Source: the human T2T-CHM13v2.0 reference genome, Homo sapiens
NCBI RefSeq assembly: GCF_009914755.1
Contig: NC_060934.1
Direction: 5' to 3' (one strand)
Length of the DNA: 64,000 nucleotides
The notes below the pieces were generated by a model, which was given only the letters and a program-made list of their open reading frames with translations, was not told the origin of the DNA and did no database searches. This document shows, piece by piece, positions 26,743-41,836 of this stretch. Made by a program: the position numbers and the translations under genes. Positions within the stretch are counted from its first letter, which is position 1, and the number at the start of each line of letters is the position of its first letter.

Positions 26743-27408
26743 TGTCAACTTAATTCTCCCTGTTAAAATAAGGGAAGAGAATTATCCCTTCCCCTTTTTC
26801 TTAGAATATTTACTTTAGAAAACTTGTAATTTTAAGTACTTTATCCTCTCTTTGAAATGTATGTCAATCCTTTTGAAAAGTAGATAGACCGTTTGTCTGC
26901 TTTATGATCAAGAATGTCTTCCTCGAGCACCTGGGAGCCATTTATTTGAAATGTAATAATCAAAGAAGATAAAATTCCTATCTCTCACTTTCTATGGATG
27001 GATAGGAACCTAACTTTGATTGTTTCAAACTACAAAACTGCTTCCTATGATAAATATATGATAAGTTTATTTTTCCTGTGGATAAAGCCAGTTAGCTAAC
27101 ACAGATGGTCACCCTAATTACCAGGTGAAGTGAGTGTGAACTATATATGACAAATGGTGCTGTCAAGTCCTTTTACTTGAGGACGAGTTACTATCTTGAA
27201 AGCATGTATACGAGTTTTATCTATTTGACTATATAAAAGTGTAAGATTTCTTTCTGTCTTTTCAATCTCTTAGCAGATGGCCTGTGATGCCCGCCACATT
27301 CTGTATTAATGCTTATTCAATAATAAAAGTGTTTTCTTTTCTACTAACTTTGTGGAGATTATTTCTGTGTTGGGAGAAGATTTTGTTTTTAATTTTATTT
27401 CCAAAACA
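26743..27408 (+). mobile_element. ERV1 solo LTR (MER89/MER90-like)
   Basis: TG...CA termini; CACCTGGGAGCCAT...TTTGAAATGTAA motif; TATATAAAA and AATAAA in LTR-like order; subfamily uncertain. Confidence 0.6.
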
Positions 27409-27913
27409 ATAACAATATTGCTTACATATGGAGAATATTCAATAATTATTTTTGAATCAGAATAAGAAACCCCAATGTTAAAATACTTAATTTTGACTTA
27501 CGTGTTCATTTGGCACATTAAAAAATAGTAATTACATATTGCAAGTGTTTGTGCATTGGTAACTCATTTACTCTGTGGTAACTAATTACTCTGCATTGGT
27601 AACTAAAGGTACTCTGTGGCCTCACTAGCTCTGTGCTCCTAAGTCAAAACAAACAGACAAAACTGACCCGGAACCACACAAACAAACACAAATGCAAGCA
27701 AAATACCATTTCTCTTCTCATAACCTATTTCTGCAAATATTTAATGCAGGGTGCTTTGTAATTCAACTTTCCAAACCATTCCTGATGTTGTAAGCTTCCA
27801 ATCTTTCACCTATTTTCAAATATATGACCTCAGATCTGTCACTGATTCTGTTCCTACAGTACTGGCTGCTTCTGTCTCTCTCCATGACTACCAGTCATGC
27901 CTGCTTTTTAGAT

Positions 27914-28548
27914 TGTGAACAAAACTTCTCTGAAAAGGAATTTGGAGGAAAGACACTTTATTCCAGTGAACAGTTTGCAAATCAGGGAGATGGGGCCTTG
28001 GAATCTTAGAACCTGTAACGTAAAATGAAGAAGTGTTCCAGAGAACAAAGAGAGTGTTAGGGTTTTGCAGCAAAAGTTCTTGCCCAAGTTCCCAATAATG
28101 CTTGTTTATGCAAGTGAAGGATTGAAACTTGCTTAATTTTGATTGGTCAGCACAGCTGGGTTTTGATTGGTTGATACAGCTCCGATTAGATGGGGTAGTG
28201 AGGCTGGTGGGTTTGTTCAGGTGATCTCTGATTGGTTGGCTTCCAGGCCCCAAACCAGAAATTTCTGGCAGATATTTCTTTCAAACTACTGGTGGGGGCT
28301 TTATGGGGGTGTGAGGCAGGGGCCGTCTTTCTGGCTACAGTTTATCTTAATCCAGACAACAGGAACTGGATTGGCTTGAGTGTAGAAAGGGAAGTCCTGT
28401 GATATTTTTACAATATCTTTCTGAGAACAAAGAGTATGTGACTGCTCCCTCACTCCAGCCATGACAACCTTATTCTGTTTTAACTTTGAGCACCTCAGAT
28501 AGCCACAGGGAGTCCCCTTTACCTGTTGGCCACAGGCATAGTTTAACA
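27914..28548 (-). mobile_element. ERV1 solo LTR (subfamily not certain)
   Basis: TGT...ACA termini with a perfect 4-bp TSD AGAT; several CCAAT (GATTGG) boxes; antisense AATAAA at about 27957. Confidence 0.8.
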
Positions 28549-29046
28549 AGATTGTTTTTTACTGTCATGCCACTTACCCAGTGTGATAAAGATCCATGTT
28601 AAGCCTTGGAATGTCAGTATTCTTGCAGTTTCCCACCAAAATTTCCGAAAAAAATCAGAACAGCATTTTCAATAATAATTATAATCTTATTTTAGGAAAT
28701 TGAAGCTTAAATTTAAGGTCATTAAATTACTGAGTAGCAAAACTACAACTAGAGAGCAGGTTTATAGAAGTACACTTAATTCCTTAATTCATTTGCATTT
28801 CAGTTAACTGGAAGGCATAATGTGGTTTGCAGAAACTGACAAATATTTAGATTAAATATATATACCCTTCTAAATAGAACCTGAACCAACTATTTCCTAA
28901 ATGGCTTATTTTCATTTAAAAACCCTGTCAAGTCCTTAATAACAAAACTGAATAAAATAAAAACAAAATCACCTGTAGGTGCAAGTAAAAAATCAAAACA
29001 TTAACTACAAGGAAAACATCAAAATTTGTATTAATTGAAAATACCA

Positions 29047-29362
29047 GGCCGGGTGCATGCAGTGGCTCATGCCTGTAACCCCAACACTTTGGGAGGCCAA
29101 GGCAGGTGGATCACATGAGGTCGGGAGTTCCAGACCAGACTGGCCAACATGGTGAAACCCTGTCTCTAATCATAATACAAAAATTAGCTGGGCATGATGG
29201 TGCGTACCTGTAATCGCAGCTACTTAAGAGGCTGAGGCAGGAGAATTGCTTGAACCTGGGAGGCGGAGGTTGCAGTGAGCGAGATCATGCCGCTGCACTC
29301 CAGCCTGGATGACAAGAGAGAAACTCCCCCTCAAACAAGAAAAAAAAGAAGAAAGAAAGAAA
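29047..29362 (+). mobile_element. AluS
   Basis: Full dimer with (GAAA)n tail; TSD GAAAATACC/GAAACTACC. Confidence 0.95.
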
Positions 29363-31159
29363 GAAACTACCTGTTTCTAGCTTCCTCTCACTCCCAAAAG
29401 GTTTGTTGTAAGCATTGGAATATTTTATTTCTACTATTAGTAGAGAGGGGCGGCCCCCAGTTTAAAAAATAGACCTTAACTATTATTATCTCAGGTTTTT
29501 AGATTTCTTGGGGAGGCTTTGTTTTTCTTTTTCTTTTTTTTTTTTGAGGTAATTAGCATAGAATGCTGATTCATTTATTTTGGCTAAATTAAGATGTTAA
29601 AAATATTTTTAAAATCTCTCTCTTTTAAAATCTCTCTCCTATCATTGTAATTATTTAAAAGACACTTCTACCACACATGCAAAGAGTCAAATAAATGCAA
29701 AGCACTACTGAAGTAATGAATGATATTAGGGATAATTTACTGCAGTTTGAAAATTTAGGTGGCTTGAATGCAAGAATTTAGTGCTTATTTCGTTTTAAAG
29801 GTAGGAGGTTTTCTTTTCTATTCTGTTTATAATAGGATTGAATGTGACCTTTCTTGTTGTGGGCAACAACCTACACCAGTGCTATAGCTGGGAGTGTAAT
29901 TGTTAGGAAATCAATGCAATGAGACAAAAACATCCACTTGATAAACATGGGAAGACAAGAATTTATTTTTCTCTAGTGGGTAGGTGTATGAGAAATATAA
30001 AGTCATTGTGAGAATAATAAAATGAATCCAAATTATAACATTATTTTTTATGTTATGGAATAATTTGTGCATTGTTATTTTAAATAAGTTTAATGATTAA
30101 TAAAAATTATCACAACAAAGCGTCAAGAAAATACATCTTTGATTTTAACTTAAAATCTCTAACTCTGTAGGTGATTTAAACTTGTGATTTTTATATTTAA
30201 ATCTTTCTAAATTTATAAAAAGCATTAAACCATTTAAGAAAACCTCATTAGCTTACTTTTAAGTTTAATGTAATTAACTTACAAGACTTACTTTAGTGCT
30301 TGGGAAGAGGTAGTTTGGTAGTCAAACTATTTAAATAATTAAAAAGAAATTCAATACATTGAATTTATAACTTTATTTTAAAATGTTAATTGAGTTTAGT
30401 TAATTAAGTATCAGAATGGGACCAAACATTTGAATATTAAAATTCCCTGGATGCAGAAGTAGAGTAATTCAATTTCTAAGTTAAACATTTCACAAAATTA
30501 TTAGATTAAAATTTTAATTTACAGATAGAATGGGATTTTAAAGTACACATCCAACTACTCTTCTCTGTGCACAAAACCTACTTTGAGTGCATAAGACAAC
30601 ACACATTGACCTCATTTACAGCAGCTGTGGTTGTAGCAGTTTCCTTGTTCCCACTAGTCTCAATCCAAGACAGATCATTTTACCTATTCAACATTCTCCA
30701 TAAGAAATTCAGTCAAATTCAGCCATTAGTGATTTTAGTAACAAAAATAGGTCTTATTGTTTACTGTTCTGCCTTTTGTTTTTCTTCTACTCCCCACTGG
30801 TTTTATGGTCTTTATTTGGTTGTTTCTCTGGCTGATACCACTGTCCCATCACCTTCCTGTCATACACATGATGCTAACAATCAAAAACCTTGCTTCTTTG
30901 TATTCTATCATGGATATTTTTACACTGGCATTATTTTGTTTGTTTTTAAAATTTTTATTGATACATACTAGTTGAATGGCATTACTTGTATTGGCTCACT
31001 ACATGGATCACTAAGACGTTAGTAATTTGATGAATCATAATATTTCATTTTATGTTGGGAATATGGAGCAGAAGTTTGCATTAATCATACTTCTCACTTT
31101 GAGGCAAATTACCATCACTGGTCCTTGCAAGGTCCCTTCTGGGTTTGGTTTGTTAGCTC

Positions 31160-33500
<2,341 letters not shown>

Positions 33501-33939
33501 TGAAGGAGCATGAGAAACTAAAAAGGATAGGTCATGCCAATGAAGAGAAGGGAGAGGCTGGTGGTGCAAAGAGCCATTAAATTACAAAATTGGGGCATTG
33601 CACGAATTTGAAAAAGTTGCTGTTTTGAAAAAATGGTAGAACAAAAGAATGTTATACAGAACAATGGTGCTGCTTTAGCTCCTTGACATAGGGTTTAAAG
33701 TGATAGTCTTATTTTAGTATTCAAGTAGATATTTTCTGGACTTGTATTACTCACTTTGTTAATTATCAACTTGGATCATTAAAGTTATTCATTTAATGAC
33801 ATCTTAGAATATTTGCAAAGTTCTTAACAGCATATATGACATCCGTCTGATAATAAAAACATAAATGTATTGTAGAATAGTTAGAAAATTAGATATATAT
33901 TTCAAATTTCCCCAATCTTATTGTTGAAACAGAACCATG

Positions 33940-34135
33940 TTACTTAGCAATTTTCTAGTTCCAGGTGACAGAAACCTGTCACCAAGAAGTTGAACTTAAA
34001 GAAGAAAAAAGAAATATGTGTTCTCATTAACAGGCTGGTGATAACTTTAGACATTGCCTGACCTAAGATTTCAAAGTCTTCCTTTAGTGAACTATCTGAT
34101 TGTTTTTCTCCATTTCTAACATCTAATTCAGTGTG
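33940..34135 (-). mobile_element. Old MLT1 fragment
   Basis: TTCTAGTTCCAGGTGACAGAAACC...CTTAAAG pattern resembles the antisense MLT1J-type end. Confidence 0.4.
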
Positions 34136-34139
34136 GGCT

Positions 34140-34362
34140 GAATCTTGTAGCCTTTCATTAGTCCTACGAAGACAATTTCAGTCCCCAAACAAAGAGGAAG
34201 TCAGTTTTACGAAGGGGCTATTATCATCATTGCTTCAGAGTTAAGCAGAAACTAAATTATTCCCATGGTTAGCTTGGCCTATGCCCAGGAGTGAATGAGG
34301 CTGGAAGCAAGATGGAGTCAGCCATGCTAGATTTCCCTCACTGTCATAATCTCTGCAAAGGT
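34140..34362 (-). mobile_element. LTR8-family LTR fragment (5'/U3 part only)
   Basis: Closely similar to 35757-35985 (AGAAACTAAATTATTCCCATGGTTAGC, GAAGCAAGATGGA.TCAGCCATGCTAGATTTCCC). Confidence 0.85.
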
Positions 34363-34814
34363 AAATTCTTGCATGGTTATCTTCACATGTCATGAACCAT
34401 ACATATATTGTGGCCCTCAGTCCATATATGATACATAGATATGTACCCATTTTTTCACTAAGTGTTGGGTCCTGTAAGAAATACTTAGTGACTGAGGGCA
34501 GAAAGGAGAGCTGGATTAGGTTCACATAAAGCACAGAGAATGGAGTTCCTTTAGGTCATGAAGATTCTATCATTAGACAAAGGTTGAGAAAGAGTACCAG
34601 AAAGATGGAGAAAAAATTTGATATTAAATTTTTTTAGCATTTTGTTGCATTTCTTTCTGAAAATGTATATTACGTGTGTTAAATAGAATTATTTTAATTT
34701 TAATGTTTGCATTTTTGTAGCTTCTTTGTGATATCTTCATTCTTTTTTTTTTTTTTTTTTGTATTCCTGGAGATTGTAATTTTCTGCTGCTAGACTTGTA
34801 TGGGCCCTTTATAA

Positions 34815-35165
34815 CAGGGGTCTCAACCCCCAGGCCATGCGGACCTGTACCAGTCTGTGGCCTGTTAGGAACCAGGCCACACAGCAGGCGGTGAGCAGTG
34901 GGCAAGTAAGCATTACCATCCGAGCTCCACCTCCTGTCAGTTCAGTGGCTACATTAGATTCTTACAGGAGTGCAAACCCTATTGTGAACTGCACATGCAA
35001 AGGATTTAGGGGATTTAGGTTGCTCTCCTTACAAGATTCTAACGCCTGATGATCTGAGGTGGAACGGTTTCATCCCCCACCTTTCCCCCCGCCCCACCCC
35101 TGTCTGAGGAAAAATTGTCTTTCACAAAACCGGTCCCTGGTGCCAAAAAAGTTTGGGGCCTGCTG
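34815..35165 (+). mobile_element. MER1B hAT-Charlie MITE
   Basis: CAGGGGTCTCAACCCCCAGGCC...GTTAGGAACCAGGCCACACAGCAGG...GTCCCTGGTGCCAAAAAAGTTTGGGG..CTG. Confidence 0.9.
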
Positions 35166-35181
35166 CTTATAAGACTAATCC

Positions 35182-35990
35182 TGTGAGACTAACCCAGTGA
35201 GTTCATCTTGCCCACCGCCCAGAAAAGCCAATTCAATGAGAACAGTAGGGTTTTGCAACAAAGAAGGAGTTTAATAACTGCAGGACAGGCCAATTGGAAG
35301 AAGGGGAGTTAATTCTCAAGTTTGTCTCCTCAAGAGCTTGCAGGCTAGAGTTTTTAAGGTTAATTTGGTGGGCAAGAGGATGGGGAATGGGCACTTCTGA
35401 TTGGTTGGGTATGAAATCGTAGAAGTGTCCAAACTGTCTTTGAGTGCTGAGTCTGTTTCTGGGTGGGAATCACAGGTTGAGTCAGTTCCTTGGTATGACT
35501 CACATGTCCAGGTGGAGTCAGTAGGTCATCAGAATGCAAAAGTCTGAAAAATATCCCAAAGACCAATCTGAAGTTTTGACAATAGTGATGTCATCTATAG
35601 GAGAAATTAGAGAAGTTATAAATCTTCTTTATAAATGATCTCTAGCTTCATGACTCCTGAGCAGTGAGAGCTGATAGAAAAGCAAGCTAGAGAACAATGG
35701 CTGGTTACTTTTAACTAGGCCTACATCAAGCAGAATTCAAGCCTCTCCCAAAATCCTAGTCTTGTGGCCTTTCATTAATCTTACAAAGACAGGAAAAGAG
35801 GGCTCAGTTTTACAGAGGGGCTATTAGCATCATTGCTTTGAAGTTAAATTAGAAACTAAATTATTCCCATGGTTAGCATGGCATATGCCCAGGAGTGAAT
35901 GAGGATAGCCAGCCTGTGAGGCTAGAAGCAAGATGGAATCAGCCATGCTAGATTTCCCCCATTGTCATAATCTTTGTAACGGTGGTTTCA
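35182..35990 (-). mobile_element. LTR8-family (LTR8B-like) ERV1 solo LTR
   Basis: Reverse complement starts TGAAACCACCGTTACAAAGATTATGAC; homologous to 8084-9060. Confidence 0.8.
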
Positions 35991-38770
35991 ACCTTGTTAA
36001 ATCTCACTCAGATACCGAAAAAGTGCTTGAATATGCTCTTACTCATTTCTTTATGAACCATCTTTTATTAAACATTCATAGGTAGAACATTCTAGACATG
36101 TAAATGACCATAAAATACATATTCAAAAAACAATATTCTGCCAAATGCTTTATATTTTCTTGATTTATGATGGGTCTGTATGTTTCAGCTCTACCATTGT
36201 CCTTCAAAATTATTAAAATCCCTTTCACTAAATAATACTAATGTGATTTCCTTGTCTTTGTAGTACAAAATTCAAATTTGAACATTGGTCAGCTTTGAGG
36301 TAATTCGCTAATTGAGTCTGTAAGGTTGATGTTGTGCAGTGCCTGGCTATGGGAATCTTATCATAGTTTGATGTTTCCAAGTTTTATAAACCATGGAAAG
36401 AGTAAATGGCATTTTTAGAAGCCCAAGTACTTAAAAAGCTGAAGAAAATATTAGACAATTTAAATGTCATTAACTTTCAGTTTGAATTTTTGATGTTATG
36501 AAAAACTTCATCTTCTTAAAATTACTTGGCTATCCTCTTGATTTTTACATCTCATATTTCCTCAGTGTTGTTAAGATAATTACATAGGTATAGATAAATG
36601 TATACAAATGCTCATAGCATACTAAACTCGTGCTAATATTTTATAAGACCAGTAGTTGATTTTTGCTATGTCATATAATTATACTTACGGTACTGTGGGT
36701 AAAATAAAAAGGTAGAAATTAAAGATGGTAGAATCACATGCCATCTTTGAAAAACATGAATGCATTTTAAAGTGGTTACAGAAATCAGAAAATATAAAAA
36801 CCTCTTCCAATTTGTCTTCTAGATCTTCTGATTTAACCTCTTTAGATTGCCGTCATTAAACTATTCAAGAAAACAAACCTCTGACACTGGTGGCAGTAAG
36901 GAAGCAGTACAATGAATGAGCTTATATAGTTATTTCATCAGAAATAGGCACAGATTAAAAAAACTGATGAGTATATTTTGAATTTTTCTTCTATAACATA
37001 TTTTATGTTATTAACATTTGATTTTTCTAATATATTGAACATTGATTAGGTGTATATACTGTAAGTATATTATGTATGGAATTAATTAGGCTTTATTATG
37101 AGATACATTTATTACTCTTTTTCTTTACTAAATTAATGGCTTATATTAGATCGTTTTGCTGCCTAGACCAGCTGATAGATTTTAGCTTAATATTGCTCAC
37201 AGAAATCTTATGATTCTAAGCAGTATTATGTAAATTCTACTATGTCAGTGATAGTTCACTATCTCTTCATTTTCATTCTAAAAAATAAATTATTAATTGG
37301 AAGCTTTTAGCAATCTGAGCTTAACTTGAACAAATAAATAAATTTGTTTTGCCTGTAAGGATAAACAAGAAGGAGAAATTATTGGAAGGACTGCACTAAC
37401 TCCCAGAAATGCAGGAAAACCTTTAGATATGACTGCATTTCTAGAGATCACAGGACTAAAAATTCAGCAATTAATGACTGTTAAAACAGTGTATCTATTA
37501 AAAGCCCTGTTTGCAGTTAATTTACATGCTCCTGTGGTTATTGTTGCTTACATTTCTTGATTTGCTACCTCCTTCCCCTCTTCTCATTGGATTATGAAAT
37601 CTCTCTGATCACAGATGTTTTCCATCTCAACTATAGACATAATAATTTGGATGTATAGTTGAGTCAAATAGTGTAGAACTTACCTAATTCTTAGTTGTGA
37701 CGTTGTAAAATGCATTTCTTATTATGCTAGACATAATAATAGAAGTGTCAAAATTTAGCTTAAGAATTTTATAATTCTAGTGTTGATGACTCCAAATCTT
37801 TAAGCTAATTAGTTTGTTGCCAGAAACAAGCAAACAAACAGCAAGTCAAGCTGCAATTAGTTGAAAATATCTCTATTGGTATCTGTAGCTGTGCTGCAAC
37901 TGCGTGCTCAACTATAACATAAGGCCAACCATTTCTCTCCCTGAAGTCATCATGCCACCCTTTTGTAGAATACAAGGTTGTCTTTCTTTTTGTTGTCTCA
38001 GTACCTGTTCTTAAACATTTCCAAGTAAGAAAATGTCTTTAATAAACCACTATTTCATTAATAAGTATATTCATTCACCTCTACTAAATATTGCACCTGC
38101 TAAATTAAAATACTTTTATCTCATATTCAATTTATCACATTTTCTTATCACCAATGAATGCTCAGTTTATTATGGTGATAAATATGAATATTGGAGATAC
38201 AAGAGGAGTTTTGCTATTTTTTACCTAGAGGAATTTTCTAGAAGGTGGGGAGATGTCATAAATTGAGTTAACATAAAAGAGAGAATGTGTGTATATTTGG
38301 CTTTCTTCCTTCCTTTATTTGCAGTAAAATCCTGAAATGTTTTCCTATGTCACTATATTAAGAGGATAAAAACAAAATAATTTTTCAAAATCATCCTTAG
38401 GTTCAAAAGGAAAAAAGGGAACAGAGTTTGAGGAGAGGTTATTTAGAGTATGGTGGTGACTGTGAGAATCAACATAAGAGAAATCCATGGAGAAGAGAGA
38501 AATTCCAGAGATGTGAAAACCACATGAAAAGCTGTTTTCCTCTCACTAGCCTTTCAGATGAAAGCTCTTGTCTATTCCGGAAACTTTTCTTATATATTTT
38601 TTTTCCTAGCTGACTTGTGTCCCCACATTGGTAGGTATTAGCAATTTTTAAATATTCCTTAATACAGATGACTAGATTTACATGATAATTTGCTATCTTT
38701 CTCCAATATATCCACCACTGGTTAGCCAGGGATCCTTTGGGTCCCACAACTGGGCTATCCTTTGCCTTTC

Positions 38771-39080
<310 letters not shown>

Positions 39081-39294
39081 TGACTTTCGAAGGCTTCCGT
39101 GGATTTTGATTATCTAGTAGGGAGTGAGCATTGTATGAGGATGCAAGAGATAGCTTACAATCACAAACACATTACTGTAACAATGATTCAGTCTACTTTA
39201 TTATTTACTACCAAAGTTTCTTTGATTTATTGTAAGAGAGAGAATGGACCTTTGAATGCAAAATATAATATTTAAGAAGAATTTTACAGATCAG

Positions 39295-39400
39295 CTAAAG
39301 TCCATATTACAGATGAAGAGTTTGAGGCTCAAAAAGACTCATTGTCTTGCCTAAGATGATACGGTGAGGTACGAAGAGAACCAATGTTATCCAGTGCTAA
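39295..39400 (-). mobile_element. MIR fragment
   Basis: CCATATTACAGATGAAGAGTTTGAGGCTCA...CTTGCCTAAG. Confidence 0.7.
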
Positions 39401-40916
39401 ATTTCAGATCACCTAATTATATATTCATGGCTCTTTTTATAACTGCCTCCCACTGTTAGTCTTACAAGTAATGCCAGAAATGGGGAGACAGAATTTTTGG
39501 TTCCCAGAGGTAACAGGAAACTTGAGGAGAGCTGTATAAGAGAGAACTGAAATTCTGACAGACGTTCTTGTTTGAACTCACCCATAACTTTTATTAAATA
39601 GATTATCAGAAGGATTCTTCTCCAAAACACATTACTTAAAAGAAGGAGGAGGAGTGCTGTTCAAATAACCTTTGCTTACTGCATGGTGAAGCAGTGACTT
39701 AAACCAAATAAAATTTTTACATCCTTGACAGGTATTTAGAAATGGGAAGAAATATTTAAAGATTATTGGAACTAAGTGAATTGTGTGCCTTTTATTGTTG
39801 CTGTTTTTCTGATAATTTTCAAACAAAGTCTACCTTGCCTATCCTAGGAGCCTTATTTTGAGAATAGTTCACATATATTGAGTATACAGGAAAAAAAAAA
39901 AAGTGAGCAAAATGTCATGCAAAAATTGATAGTTTATTTTCTATATCATCTTATTTGTGGGTGAGATGCACATGAGAGGTCACCAAAACAGAGTCAAGAT
40001 CAGTAAGTCTGTAAATTTTAATTGTTTTTTTATATTGCCAAATAATCTTGTTTGTATAGTCATTTGAAGTGAAAAGTATAAACTGCACATTTTTAGGAAG
40101 GTAATAATTTGTCTTTACCTAGAATTTTTTTGCCACAAGCTTTTTGTTTTTAACATATTGAGTTTAGTAATGTGATAAGTTAAACTTATTTCTAATTGCA
40201 GTAACATTATATGCATTATTTGGACCTTATTTTTCATTAGCAAGAAATAAAATGAGCATATTTCTTGATTAAAGATGGCAAATACAATCTCATCAACATT
40301 TTCTTTATTTTTCCATATTTTGTGCTATTCCTTATAAACTCTACTCTGTGCCTATAAATATTTTTATTTAATATACGGAGACTCTGCTTCTTTGACTTTT
40401 AGTCAAGTCCAAAATATTGACTTAAGAAGAGTTTCAGAGATTTCGTTAGAAAATTCTGAAGACGAGTAAGAAACTAAAAATTTTGTTTTAAAGCAAGAAT
40501 ATGGACAGGATTTTCCTAGATTCTTTATATACAGTATTTCAACAAATTAAAAATAAAACTCCCTGGGAAGGATCTATCTTCATTTGTCGAAATTCAACAA
40601 ATGACAGGTCCTTGGTAGTAAGTAGCTATGCTGGAATGTAAATGCATATATATATGTGATCACAAGGTCTACAATACTCCCATTTTAGAATTATCTAGTG
40701 TGTAACTAACATGTAATACATTTAACATAGAAAATGAGTTTTCATATTCCAATAAGATTGAGTTAGAATTATCAAAGTTATAGGAGTCTCTTTACTGCAG
40801 GCCTTCTCAGAGTATTTACTACACTTATGGTCCAAGCTAATGTATTTTCAGGCTCCAGGTGTGCACTATTTTCTAAATGTATTTTTCCTCCAGAACTCTA
40901 GTGGGGAATGTTTTGT

Positions 40917-40970
40917 AATATATTTTAGAAAATACACTTGGAAAATATATTTTAGAAAATACACTTGAAA
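40917..40970. repeat. 27-bp tandem duplication
   Basis: AATATATTTTAGAAAATACACTTG(G/A)AA x2. Confidence 0.95.
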
Positions 40971-41836
40971 AACTATGCAAGAGAACAGGTTGCCCCAGTG
41001 ATTATAGACACTGAAGCAATGAGAGTTTTCTGAATGGTTGTTTAGAAATTGCAAATCTCATGTGCTGTGCATTTGTGTACATAACCATGTATTATGGAAC
41101 ATTCCTCTTAAAAACTTGTTTTTGAGCTATGGGGAAAAGTTGCGCTAAACCTACTTGTTTGCTTCTTAGATACTATGAGCTATATTTGATGGCATAGGCT
41201 AAAGAGGGAAGCAATCATTTTAAAATTATTGACCAAGGTCATCGTATTATGTCTTAACTTAAACTAAGATAATAAAGTCTAACCAAAAGTCATAGATCTA
41301 ACGAATATGGGGTTAAAAAGTAGTCGTAATACTAAAATCAAAATTATAAATGCCAATTCCAGCAAGGAATAATCATTAAAAGAAAATCTCCACTAATTAT
41401 TATCTATGGCATTGCCTTATATGTGCTCAGATGTGTGTATTTCATGTTCTTCAACTAAAATTGTTTTATTCTACATCTCCATGAATGCTTCTGGTATTGC
41501 TGCAGATAATGGTGCTTATGAGGATGCTCTTGGGCACAGATGTTCTCATCCTCTGGTAATACTTCACACATCCTCAGAGTCCCTTATAGACTAGCTCTCT
41601 GGGTAAGTCTCAGACTACCTTTATGGTACGTGCCAGCTGGACTCTAACCAACAGGTTGCTAGACTTATTTCCACATTTAAATATCAGTACAAAAAGGAGT
41701 ATATCCCCTTTTTCCTAGATGGATGTTGCCTACACCATCTTCATTTACTGCCTCATATTGTCCACTTGCCAATTGACAGTGAAAGCATCTCTTCATGAGA
41801 GATATTACATGTGGTATTGTGTCTGGAATTGGTTCC

